Both the position numbers and the translations under genes were made by a program. Shown here in pieces: positions 19,552-28,401 of a stretch of DNA of 54,852 nucleotides. The stretch covers positions 20,621 to 75,472 of the forward strand of contig JAADGG010000081.1 of the NCBI GenBank assembly GCA_013152485.1, in the 5' to 3' direction. The DNA is from Nitrospirota bacterium. GTDB taxonomy: Bacteria; Nitrospirota; Thermodesulfovibrionia; Thermodesulfovibrionales; JdFR-85. The notes below the pieces were generated by a model. That model made no database searches and was not told where the DNA came from. It saw only the letters and a list, made by a program, of their open reading frames with translations. Numbering within the stretch: position 1 is the stretch's first letter; each line of letters starts with the position of its first letter.

Positions 19552-21066
19552 TCAGTCCACCCTCATCTCTCCGAGGAGATACCAGCCCGTGCCGGTCCTT
19601 TCACCCAGGACGGCAAGATTCAGAGCCGGTACGTTATTCAGTGTGGAGTCAATGATTGCGCATCCGAGCCTGTAGGTTCCGGCCGGCACCGATTCATCGA
19701 TGACGGCCTCCAGCGTGTACGTGTAGCGTCCACCCTCCACCCAGTCGGAGGGCTCGGCGAGTCCGTCTACGGCCATGAATGCAACGCGGTCTGTTCCAGG
19801 CTCGATCAGGGCGAAGGCGACCTTGTACTTGTAGTTCCACTGCGGCTTGTTGTTCGGCAGCACCCCGACACCGGAGTTCTTCCACACGTGTGATATGGTG
19901 ATCCTGCCGCCCCGTACGGCCGTGTCGGGATATGTAACCTCCACGGGAACCAAACGGTATCCTCCCCTGACGATAAATTCCCTCACCAGGTCGGGTGCCT
20001 CGGAAAACCATGCCTCGGCGTCTTCAGGTATGCGGAGGTCGAGGGTGTTTGCGTGTAGAGACAATGCATCATTGAGGACGGCCTCGAGCGCATCTCTGAG
20101 CGTGTCATAGTCATCCGCCCACCTCCGCCGGGATTGCAGGTACTGATAAACGTTCTCCCCGTAGAAGGGGACATCCGGAAAGTGGCTGCGGATCCTCTCC
20201 TTGTCGGCCTCTGTAAACCAGTACGGCAGCCCGAGGGTGTCCTTACGTATTACGTAGCCGTATTCTTCTATGGCTACTGCATCTATGGCGTCGAGTCCGA
20301 ATCCCGTAGAGCTCTTGTTGTACTGCACCCCCAGAAGGACCCGGTCGAAGTTTTTCGAATACGCTCCTGAGATCCATCGAAGCACGCCGTAGACGTCATC
20401 TCCCAGGAGCTTGAGACGGTTGCCCTCACCCCAACGTCCAAGTCCGTTGCCGTCAATGAAATCGACCGTCAGGGGATCATTGTATCTCCTGCCGAAGGCG
20501 TCAAGGAACCGGGAGAACTTCTCCTGGAAGACAGGGTCGTCGACATAAGGGTCCCACCGACCACTGTCTGCGTTCACGACCCCTTGAGCCCCTGCCTCTC
20601 TCACAAACCCCGGCGTTGCCTGACGGTAAGAGCCTTCGCTGTCGACATAGACGCGGAATGCAAGCCTCAGCCCCCGGGAAAGCGCCCCCTGCACGAGATC
20701 CTTGAAGTTCTGGTCGGTTTCCCATGCATAAACACCCTCCTCCGGTTCGAGCTGTGACCAGGGAAGCCTTACATAAAATATGCTCGCACTCCGCGCATAT
20801 CTGTCCTGACTCGTCCAGTACGCGTCGGCCTGCGGGAAGCCGGCAAAGGCATCGGCGTACAGCACCCACCCCATAGCCGGATTCCTGACCAGGCCCGTCA
20901 GGTCCTCCTCCGGCTGAACCGTTACATACCGAACCTCGACCGCCTCCTGCGTCCCGGCTGCATCCTGAGAGTCGATATCAGGGCTGCAGCCGGGCAGCAC
21001 CATGAGCGCCGACAGTAACAGCGAGACCACCCCTGCTCCTGCGGCGAACCACGTCCTCCCACCCAT
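19552..21066 (-). CDS. DUF4832-domain glycoside-hydrolase-like (GH-A-type TIM barrel) lipoprotein
   Basis: Lipobox LPGC; NPAMGW, WSQLEPEEGVYAW, GRWGEG, YGEN and GYRL..; C-terminal Ig-like domain; SD GGAGGTG. Confidence 0.7.
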   Translation of the reverse strand: MGGRTWFAAGAGVVSLLLSALMVLPGCSPDIDSQDAAGTQEAVEVRYVTVQPEEDLTGLVRNPAMGWVLYADAFAGFPQADAYWTSQDRYARSASIFYVRLPWSQLEPEEGVYAWETDQNFKDLVQGALSRGLRLAFRVYVDSEGSYRQATPGFVREAGAQGVVNADSGRWDPYVDDPVFQEKFSRFLDAFGRRYNDPLTVDFIDGNGLGRWGEGNRLKLLGDDVYGVLRWISGAYSKNFDRVLLGVQYNKSSTGFGLDAIDAVAIEEYGYVIRKDTLGLPYWFTEADKERIRSHFPDVPFYGENVYQYLQSRRRWADDYDTLRDALEAVLNDALSLHANTLDLRIPEDAEAWFSEAPDLVREFIVRGGYRLVPVEVTYPDTAVRGGRITISHVWKNSGVGVLPNNKPQWNYKYKVAFALIEPGTDRVAFMAVDGLAEPSDWVEGGRYTYTLEAVIDESVPAGTYRLGCAIIDSTLNNVPALNLAVLGERTGTGWYLLGEMRVD

Positions 21067-21095
21067 GACCAGTCACCTCCGGAATTCCACTATAG

Positions 21096-21123
21096 ACTAT
21101 AATGTATCACCTCAGGTTGTCAA
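21096..21123 (-). promoter_or_regulatory. Candidate promoter for DUF4832 gene
   Basis: TTGACA (21123-21118), 16 bp, TATAGT (21101-21096). Confidence 0.55.
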
Positions 21124-21172
21124 ACAGCAGGCATGGATGGCCGGGCACTCCGTGATTACGCATCCGGACTTG

Positions 21173-21202
21173 TTGACAGTACGGATTTTTTCTTGATATA
21201 CT
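21173..21202 (+). promoter_or_regulatory. Candidate promoter for chemosensory operon
   Basis: TTGACA (21173-78), 18 bp, TATACT (21197-21202), with an extended -10 TG. Confidence 0.5.
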
Positions 21203-21605
21203 TTGACTGTGAAGCTATCTGAGCAAAGTTCAAGCTTTCCTGAAGAAACCGGATACTGCACAAACCACGGGATGGCAGACGCTTCACGGTTGTGAGGCAG
21301 ATTATGACTGATACAACGTCCTGCACACAGAGAGAAGGTCCCTTTCCTTCTGTTCGCCCTGAACTCCTTGCATTCAAACAAGAACATGCTTGACAGGAAC
21401 GTTTGCCGAAGATAACCGTTACCGGTTCATGTCTCAAGCCGGACCAACAGACAGGATTGAGGAGTCATTCATTACAGACGCACAGCATCCGTCAGGTTTC
21501 GAAGAGTCTGGTCGAGCACAGCAGATCGATCACGGAAGGCTCGCGGTTGAACAGCCTGCACCAAGGCAGCGGTCCATGAGAAAGACGGAAACCCGGAGGT
21601 GATCA

Positions 21606-21977
21606 GTGAAGAACATACTCGTGGTAGAGGACTCCGAGTCTACACGTTCCATGATGAAGACCATTATAGAGGACCTTGGCGAGGATTACCATGTCTTTGA
21701 GGCCGGCACCGGTTTTGAAGCACTGAAGCTCCTTCCCGCAGAAGGGTTCAGCCTGATAATAACCGATATAAACATGCCCGACATAAACGGGATAGAGCTT
21801 ATCAACTTCGTAAAAAGTACGCCCCAGTATAAAGACATTCCCGTCATCATCGTCAGCACCGAAGGCTCGGAGGAAGACAAGGACAGGGGGCTGGCTCTCG
21901 GTGCGGAGGCCTACATCACGAAGCCTTTCAAGCCTGAAGAATTTCAGGAGAAGATCAGGGTGGTCTTGAATCCATGA
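21606..21977 (+). CDS. cheY: CheY-like single-domain response regulator
   Basis: Motifs VEDS, TDINMP, ST and TKPF; GTG start after GGAGGTG. Confidence 0.9.
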   Translation: MKNILVVEDSESTRSMMKTIIEDLGEDYHVFEAGTGFEALKLLPAEGFSLIITDINMPDINGIELINFVKSTPQYKDIPVIIVSTEGSEEDKDRGLALGAEAYITKPFKPEEFQEKIRVVLNP

Positions 21978-23938
21978 GTTCATCCAAAAAGGAGTTTGTC
22001 TCCGAGGCTGAAGAACTGCTCGAAGAGGCAGAGGAACACCTGATAGAGCTCCAGGAGTCTTCCGAGACAGGTGTTGATCCTGACACCGTCAACGCACTCT
22101 TCCGCTCCATCCACACACTCAAGGGGATCTCCGGACTCTTCGGGCAGGAAGGGCTCAAAGACCTAAGCCACGCCCTCGAGGAGATACTCGACGGTCTCAG
22201 ACGCGGCGATATAGAGCTCACCGACGAGATTATCGCGTTCCTGTTCAAAAACATCGATATCCTGAAGGGTCTGCTCAAAGACGCCGATGAGGGAAGACCT
22301 TCCGACACGGTCCGGTATCTTGAAGACATAAAAGAGTTCCGCAAGGGCATCACGAACCGCGCAGGAAAGGAGCCTCTCAGGGGTGTCATCGACGAGGCGA
22401 TACTGAATGTACTCTCCAGCTACGAAGAGCAGCGTTTGCGGGCCTGCATAGGGCAGAACAGGGGGATATTCATCGCAAGCGTCGTCTTCTCACTTGAAGA
22501 CTTCGACAAGAGACTATCCGAGCTCACGGACAAGATCAAGAAGGAAGGTGAACTGATATCGACGCTGCCTACATCGGAAGACATACCGCAGGACTCCATA
22601 GGCTTCAAGATCCTGTTCGCCTCCGACAGAAACTCCGACTCCCTCAAAACCGCCCTCGGTGTAGAGCCCGTACGGATCGCCGGAAAAAAGACGGCGGAAG
22701 AAAAGAGAGACACGCGCGCACCAGCCCCTTCACTCAGGAGCATCTCCACCACTGTAAGGGTGGACATAGAGAAACTCGACAGGATCCTCAACACGATAGG
22801 GGAGCTGTCGCTTACCAGAGGGGCCTTAAAGAGGATAGAACAGGAGCTTGCAGAGACCTACGGTCACTCGGAACTCGTCTTCGACATTCACCGGGCGACA
22901 CAGAGCCTTGAGAGGAGGCTCCACGAATTGCAGCAGCAGGTGCTGGAGGTCCGGATGGTGCCCATAGGACAGATATTCTCCCGGCTTGCCCAGATAGTGA
23001 GACGGTATTCCAGAGAGATAGGAAAGCCGGTCGACCTCGAGGTCTTCGGCGAGGAGACGGAACTGGACAAGTTCATAGCAGAAGAGATCGTAGATCCATT
23101 GATGCATATCGTAAGAAACGCCATGGACCATGGGATAGAGGGTCCAGAGGAACGGAAGGCCAAGGGAAAACCGGAAAAGGGAACCATGATCGTCAGGGCC
23201 TTCCAACGCGGCAACAGCGTGATAGTGGAGATAGAGGACGACGGCAGGGGGATAGACACGAAAGAGATACGGAGGAAGGCACTGGAGAAAGGAATCATCA
23301 CGGAGGAAACGGACTTGGACGACACGGAGCTGATAGGCTTCATATTCAGGGCCGGGTTCAGTACAAAAGAGACGGTGACGGAGGTATCGGGAAGGGGGGT
23401 CGGAATGGATGTGGTTAAGGAGAGGATTTCCTCCATCGGGGGTTTCGTGGACGTGAAGACCGAGAAAGACACATACACGCGGTTCTCTCTCACGATCCCC
23501 ATCACCCTCGCAATCATAAAGTCGCTCATGGTGAAGGTGGGTACCTACACGTTCGCCCTGCCCTTGTCTTCGATCGTGGAGACACTGACGGTCAACGGCG
23601 ATGCCCTGCAGATGATCGAGGGCAAGATGGTATACAACCTCAGGGGAGAGCTGTTGCCGGTCATGCCGGTGGCGGACCTCTTCGGCACGGGTCCGTACCG
23701 GGTGGAAGACGGATACATAGTGGTTTCCGGATACGGGGAACGGAGGGTCGGTCTCCTCGTGGACGAACTCATAGGCGGACAGGAAATAGTCATAAAGTCC
23801 CTCGGCGCATATTTCGAAGGACTGAAGGGCTTTGCAGGGGTCACAGAGGTCGGCAGGCACAACGCAATACTGGTATTGGACGTCGAGACACTGACAGAGG
23901 AGATCCTGCTGAGGCACAAGGGGTTGATCCATGTATAG
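21974..23938 (+). CDS. cheA: Chemotaxis histidine kinase CheA
   Basis: HPt (HTLKG), RVDIEKLD dimerisation region, HIVRNAMDHGIE, DDGRG, SGRGVGMDVV and a C-terminal CheW domain. Confidence 0.97.
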   Translation: MSSSKKEFVSEAEELLEEAEEHLIELQESSETGVDPDTVNALFRSIHTLKGISGLFGQEGLKDLSHALEEILDGLRRGDIELTDEIIAFLFKNIDILKGLLKDADEGRPSDTVRYLEDIKEFRKGITNRAGKEPLRGVIDEAILNVLSSYEEQRLRACIGQNRGIFIASVVFSLEDFDKRLSELTDKIKKEGELISTLPTSEDIPQDSIGFKILFASDRNSDSLKTALGVEPVRIAGKKTAEEKRDTRAPAPSLRSISTTVRVDIEKLDRILNTIGELSLTRGALKRIEQELAETYGHSELVFDIHRATQSLERRLHELQQQVLEVRMVPIGQIFSRLAQIVRRYSREIGKPVDLEVFGEETELDKFIAEEIVDPLMHIVRNAMDHGIEGPEERKAKGKPEKGTMIVRAFQRGNSVIVEIEDDGRGIDTKEIRRKALEKGIITEETDLDDTELIGFIFRAGFSTKETVTEVSGRGVGMDVVKERISSIGGFVDVKTEKDTYTRFSLTIPITLAIIKSLMVKVGTYTFALPLSSIVETLTVNGDALQMIEGKMVYNLRGELLPVMPVADLFGTGPYRVEDGYIVVSGYGERRVGLLVDELIGGQEIVIKSLGAYFEGLKGFAGVTEVGRHNAILVLDVETLTEEILLRHKGLIHV

Positions 23939-24731
23939 GGAGTTCTACGGCCTGCGGGAGCACCCTTTCAGCAAGACTCCGGACCCTCGCTTTCTCTATC
24001 CGAGCAGGGCACACGAGGAAGCACTCGCAAGACTTCAGCACGTTGCGGAAGAAAGGGAGATAATGATGTTCACAGGCGACATAGGGTGCGGAAAGACCAT
24101 GCTCACAAGGGCGTTGATGGACTCTCTCGACGACAGCTATCGGATAGTCCTCATTCTCAACCCAAGACTGACGGCGAACCAGTTCTTGAGAACGGTTGCC
24201 CGCCGCATGGATGCAGCCCCTGCTTCAAACCACAAGGACGAACTCCTCGAGGCCGTTCACAGAAGGGTCTACGAGTATCACGAAAGCGGCATCACCCCGG
24301 TGATAATCATCGATGAGGCCCAGCTCATACCGAGAAGGGATACGTTTGAGGAAATCAGGCTCCTTACCAATTTCCAGCTCGACGAAACCAACCTCGTAAG
24401 CCTGATCTTCGTGGCACAACCGGACATTCTCAGGAGGATGCGACACAGGGCATATGCGCCTCTCAGACAGAGGATCGGGTTCTTTTATCATCTGCAGCCG
24501 CTGTCCGAGGGCGAAGTCTCTGAATACATCGATCACAGACTGCGTGTGTCTGGCAGGAAGACGAGGCTGTTTACCGATGAAGCGGTCAGCCTCATTCACA
24601 GGTACTCCGGCGGGATACCCAGGCTCATAAACAGCATTGCGGCCTCGGCACTGCTCGATGCATTCGCCGGGGAATCCCGACTGGTCGACAAAGACAACGT
24701 GATGGACGCAGTGGAGGAGCTCGGACTCTGA
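23931..24731 (+). CDS. ExeA/GspA-family AAA+ ATPase (ATPase domain only)
   Basis: MYREFYGL..PF..TPDP N-terminus, Walker A GDIGCGKT, Walker B IIIDEAQ, LRQRI and GGIPRLIN. Confidence 0.9.
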   Translation: MYREFYGLREHPFSKTPDPRFLYPSRAHEEALARLQHVAEEREIMMFTGDIGCGKTMLTRALMDSLDDSYRIVLILNPRLTANQFLRTVARRMDAAPASNHKDELLEAVHRRVYEYHESGITPVIIIDEAQLIPRRDTFEEIRLLTNFQLDETNLVSLIFVAQPDILRRMRHRAYAPLRQRIGFFYHLQPLSEGEVSEYIDHRLRVSGRKTRLFTDEAVSLIHRYSGGIPRLINSIAASALLDAFAGESRLVDKDNVMDAVEELGL

Positions 24732-25423
24732 TGGACATGGCGAAGATCAGGAAGAAGGCCGCACAGGCCGGATCCGGCGCTGAACCGCGGATCAAAGCGG
24801 AACCGAAGAAACCTCCGGCCGACGATGCTGCAGAGACCGGAGCCGCTGTCGGGGAAGACCCCGCGGCAGGACAAGGCAGCGCCGTCGGGCGCGGCGAGAC
24901 AGACAGCCAGGCTACACCGGAGGACTCCCCGGCCGAAGTCCGCGAACCCGAGATCGTACTGCTGTGTTTCAGGCTCGGCTCCGAGACACACGCCTTCCGT
25001 TTGCGGGACGTACAGGAGATCGCCCATCCGCCTGCGGTAACGCCGGTGCCGGGGACTCCGCCCTATGTAAGGGGGCTGAGCTCCCTACGCGGCAAGATGC
25101 TTCCGATCATCGATCTCAAGGCGCGTCTCAACATCACACCTGACGATGAGAGGCCCCCCGCAGCGGAGAGGGCCGCCCAACGGGCAAAGGTGATCATAGT
25201 CAGGGGACCAAAAGGGCCGATCGGTGTCCATGCAGACGGAATCATAGGGGTCAGACGGATGCCCGAAGCCGACCTCTCCCCTGCCCCCGCACACATCGAT
25301 GAAGAGGAGGCGAGGTTCATTGAGGGAGTCGTCATCTCCGAGGGAACGTTCGTGACCGTTCTTAGGGCTGAAGAAGCGCTCACGTTCAAGATAACCGGAA
25401 GGGTGCTTCCAGAAGTCCGCTGA
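24731..25423 (+). CDS. cheW: CheW adaptor with long N-terminal extension
   Basis: FRLGSE, VQEI, TPVPGTP.YVRG..LRG; ~70-aa Ala/Pro/Glu-rich N-terminal region. Confidence 0.9.
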   Translation: MDMAKIRKKAAQAGSGAEPRIKAEPKKPPADDAAETGAAVGEDPAAGQGSAVGRGETDSQATPEDSPAEVREPEIVLLCFRLGSETHAFRLRDVQEIAHPPAVTPVPGTPPYVRGLSSLRGKMLPIIDLKARLNITPDDERPPAAERAAQRAKVIIVRGPKGPIGVHADGIIGVRRMPEADLSPAPAHIDEEEARFIEGVVISEGTFVTVLRAEEALTFKITGRVLPEVR

Positions 25424-25481
25424 GTAGGTTATTATAGATAGATAATGCGCAGTCAGAGTCAAGCCCTTAAAGGAGAAGAGA

Positions 25482-28334
25482 ATGGGAAAGCTTGAAAAGA
25501 AGGTCCTTGGAGTCGTCATGTCGGTCATTATCCTGGGCACCATATTCGCCGTGACCATCGTAATCTATCTTCAACGTAAAAACATCTACGAGACAGCCCA
25601 GGAGAAGATGTTCGAGACCGCGACCGTAATCAGCACGAGCATCGAAAGGACCATGCTGGAGGGGCGTTCCGAGATCACCAAGGCCATGGCCGGAGACCTC
25701 AAGGCTTTAGAAGGGGTTGAAACCATCACCATCCTGAACCACGAAGGCCGCGTGGCCTTCGACAGGAAGGCCCCTGCAACGGAGAAGGACTATGTCGAAA
25801 GATTCAGGACGAACCTCTCCCCCTACTCCCTGATCGAGAACGGAAGGATGATCATATACAAGCCACTGGTAAAGAGGTCGGCCTGCCAGAAGTGCCACAA
25901 GCTCGACAGCCCCTTCATAGGCGTAGTCAAGGTCTCGATGTCTCTCGACAGCGAGAAGCGGAAGATATCACAGATGGCTACGATCAACATCACCGCATCC
26001 CTGTTCGCCATCAGCATCCTCTCCTTCATAATGTGGCTGCTCCTCAGAAAGATAGTGATCAACCCTATAAAGAAGATCGAACTGGCCGCAAGGCACCTGT
26101 CGGACGGGGACCTGACTTTCAACGTCGACATAGACACTTCCGACGAGATCGGACAGGCGAGCGTTGCGCTTCAGGATGCCCTCCAATCGATATCATCGAT
26201 CCTCCAGAGGGTAAAGGACGTCACGAAAAGGATATCGAAGATCTCTTCGGAGGTAGAAGCCGACTCCAGGGACATCCTCGAGGGCACACAGCTTGAGGCC
26301 GAGGCGATCGAGAACATATCCGCCTCGATAGAGGAGCTGAACGCCGCAATCACCGAGATAGCCGCAAACACCGAAGACCTTGCAGCGTCTTCCGAGCAGA
26401 CGAGGTCAGCGGTCGAAGAGATGGCCGCCAGCACCTCTCAGATCGCAAACAACAGCAACGAGCTCTTCGAGTCTACAGAATCCACCTCGGCATCCATCGA
26501 GGAGCTCTCCTCTTCCATAAAAGAGGTTGCACAGAACGCCGACGAACTCTTCAGGTCGGCCGAGGACACCCTCTCTGCAATCGAAGAGATTACCGCCTCG
26601 ATCAGGGAAGTCGAGGGCAACACCAAGGAGTCGGCCAGGCTGAGCGAGCGGGTCATGAACGAGGCATCCACCTATGGCATGACATCCATCGAGAAGACCA
26701 TCAAGGGGATGGAGCGGATAAAGACATCCGTCGAGAAGACTGCGGAATACATAAAGAAGCTGGGCGGGCGGTCTGAAGAGATAGGCAAGATACTCACCGT
26801 GATCGACGACGTAACGGACCAGACCACCCTTCTTGCGCTCAATGCCGCCATACTGGCGGCACAGGCCGGTGAACACGGGAAAGGATTCTCCGTGGTCGCC
26901 GACGAGATAAAAGACCTTGCAGAGAGGACCTCTTTCTCGACACAGGAGATATCGTCCCTCATACAGACGGTGCAGCAGGAGGTCATGGATGCAGTGGATG
27001 CAATGAAACACGGCCTCGAGGCCGTCAACGAAGGTCTCGGTCTCTCAAAGGAGGCCTCAGAGGCTCTCAGAAAGATCGTCGAGAGCGCACAGCTGTCTTC
27101 AGAGATGTCGACGGCAATAGAACACTCGACCTCCGAGCAGGCAGAGGCCGCAAGGTTCGTCTCGAGATCCATGGAGAACGTGCGCAACATGGCCAGTCAG
27201 ATAGCAAAGGCGACCTCGGAGCAATCAAGGGGTATGAACCTGATAACAAATGCAGCCGAAAAGGTCAAGGATATAGCCATACAGGTGAAGACCGCCACCG
27301 AGGAGCAGTCGACGCAGAGCAGGCAGATAAGGAAGAGCACCGACGTGGTCTCTGAAAAGAGCCAGCAGATAGCCAACGCCATCAATGAGCAGAAGACCGA
27401 GTCCGAACAGATAAAGAGGTCGGCAGAAAACATCTCAGACCTGCCCATGAAGAACAGAAACCTCTCGTTCAAGGTCAACAACTCCCTGAGGTCACTCGTA
27501 AAGGACTCCGAGCTGATCGTTACGGAGATGGAAAGGTTCCGCTTCTCCATATCCGCACGGACCGAAAAGACCATCAGGTTCGGGGTCATCCCCCTCGAGT
27601 CTCCCGCGGACATGCACAGAAAGTTCACGCCTCTTGCAGAGTACCTGAGCAGAAGGCTGGGCAAGAGGGTTGAACTAAAGGTCGGCGTCGATTTCGACAG
27701 CGCCATAAAGGAGATAGGCAGCGGAACCACACAGTTGTGTTACATGACCCCATCCACATACATAAAGGCCAACCGCGACTACGACGTCAGGGTTATCGCC
27801 AAGGCCCTGAGGAACGGCAAGCCCTTCCACCACTCGGTCATAATAGCCAGGAACGACAGCCCGGTATCGAGTATCGAAGACCTCAGGGGAAGGTCCTTCG
27901 CCTTCGGAGACAAGGAGTCCACGTCTTCGCACATAGTGCCGCGCTACATGCTGCTTGAAGCCGGCATAGACCTCAACGACCTGCTGTTCTATAATTATCT
28001 CGGACACCACGACGATGTTGCGAGGGCGGTGCTCTCCGGAGAGTACGACGCCGGAGGAGTCATGGAATCAACTGCAGACAAATACAAGGAGAGGGGCTTG
28101 AAATTCATAAAGTTCTCCGATGAAATCCCCGAGTTCAACATATGTATCACCAGCGAGATGCCCCAGGAGTCCGCAGAGGAGATAAAGTCGGCCATTCTCG
28201 CCCTCAAGGATACCGGAGCGGAGGGGATAGCGGTCCTGAAGTCCATCGATGAGCACTACACGGGGTTTGTAGAGGCCAGTGACGATGACTACACCTGGAT
28301 AAGGAACATCATGTCGAGACTGAAGATGATATGA
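25482..28334 (+). CDS. Methyl-accepting chemoreceptor: periplasmic c-heme sensor, HAMP, ~64H signalling domain, C-terminal PhnD/PtxB-like binding domain
   Basis: TM ~aa 9-30 and ~167-188; CQKCH at aa 135-139; HAMP (DEIG); tip [22 protein letters not shown]. Residues ~696-950 resemble a phosphate/phosphite/phosphonate SBP ([42 protein letters not shown]). Confidence 0.92.
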   Translation: MGKLEKKVLGVVMSVIILGTIFAVTIVIYLQRKNIYETAQEKMFETATVISTSIERTMLEGRSEITKAMAGDLKALEGVETITILNHEGRVAFDRKAPATEKDYVERFRTNLSPYSLIENGRMIIYKPLVKRSACQKCHKLDSPFIGVVKVSMSLDSEKRKISQMATINITASLFAISILSFIMWLLLRKIVINPIKKIELAARHLSDGDLTFNVDIDTSDEIGQASVALQDALQSISSILQRVKDVTKRISKISSEVEADSRDILEGTQLEAEAIENISASIEELNAAITEIAANTEDLAASSEQTRSAVEEMAASTSQIANNSNELFESTESTSASIEELSSSIKEVAQNADELFRSAEDTLSAIEEITASIREVEGNTKESARLSERVMNEASTYGMTSIEKTIKGMERIKTSVEKTAEYIKKLGGRSEEIGKILTVIDDVTDQTTLLALNAAILAAQAGEHGKGFSVVADEIKDLAERTSFSTQEISSLIQTVQQEVMDAVDAMKHGLEAVNEGLGLSKEASEALRKIVESAQLSSEMSTAIEHSTSEQAEAARFVSRSMENVRNMASQIAKATSEQSRGMNLITNAAEKVKDIAIQVKTATEEQSTQSRQIRKSTDVVSEKSQQIANAINEQKTESEQIKRSAENISDLPMKNRNLSFKVNNSLRSLVKDSELIVTEMERFRFSISARTEKTIRFGVIPLESPADMHRKFTPLAEYLSRRLGKRVELKVGVDFDSAIKEIGSGTTQLCYMTPSTYIKANRDYDVRVIAKALRNGKPFHHSVIIARNDSPVSSIEDLRGRSFAFGDKESTSSHIVPRYMLLEAGIDLNDLLFYNYLGHHDDVARAVLSGEYDAGGVMESTADKYKERGLKFIKFSDEIPEFNICITSEMPQESAEEIKSAILALKDTGAEGIAVLKSIDEHYTGFVEASDDDYTWIRNIMSRLKMI

Positions 28335-28401
28335 GCAGCCTGTCGAAACCAAACAACCCTGTCAGGCTGGATGCCGCAAAATCCATCGGAAGGAAGGGCT
28401 C

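Noticed and set aside
21390-21602. 70-aa ORF before cheY
   Set aside because: TTG start without an SD and no recognisable features; probably non-coding.
25431-25462. Antisense promoter TTGACT…TATAAT pointing into cheW
   Set aside because: The spacer is 20 bp, too long for sigma70.
27561-28334. Separate phnD gene of a phosphonate ABC transporter
   Set aside because: It is in frame with the MCP with no stop, signal peptide or own RBS, and there are no phnC/phnE neighbours.
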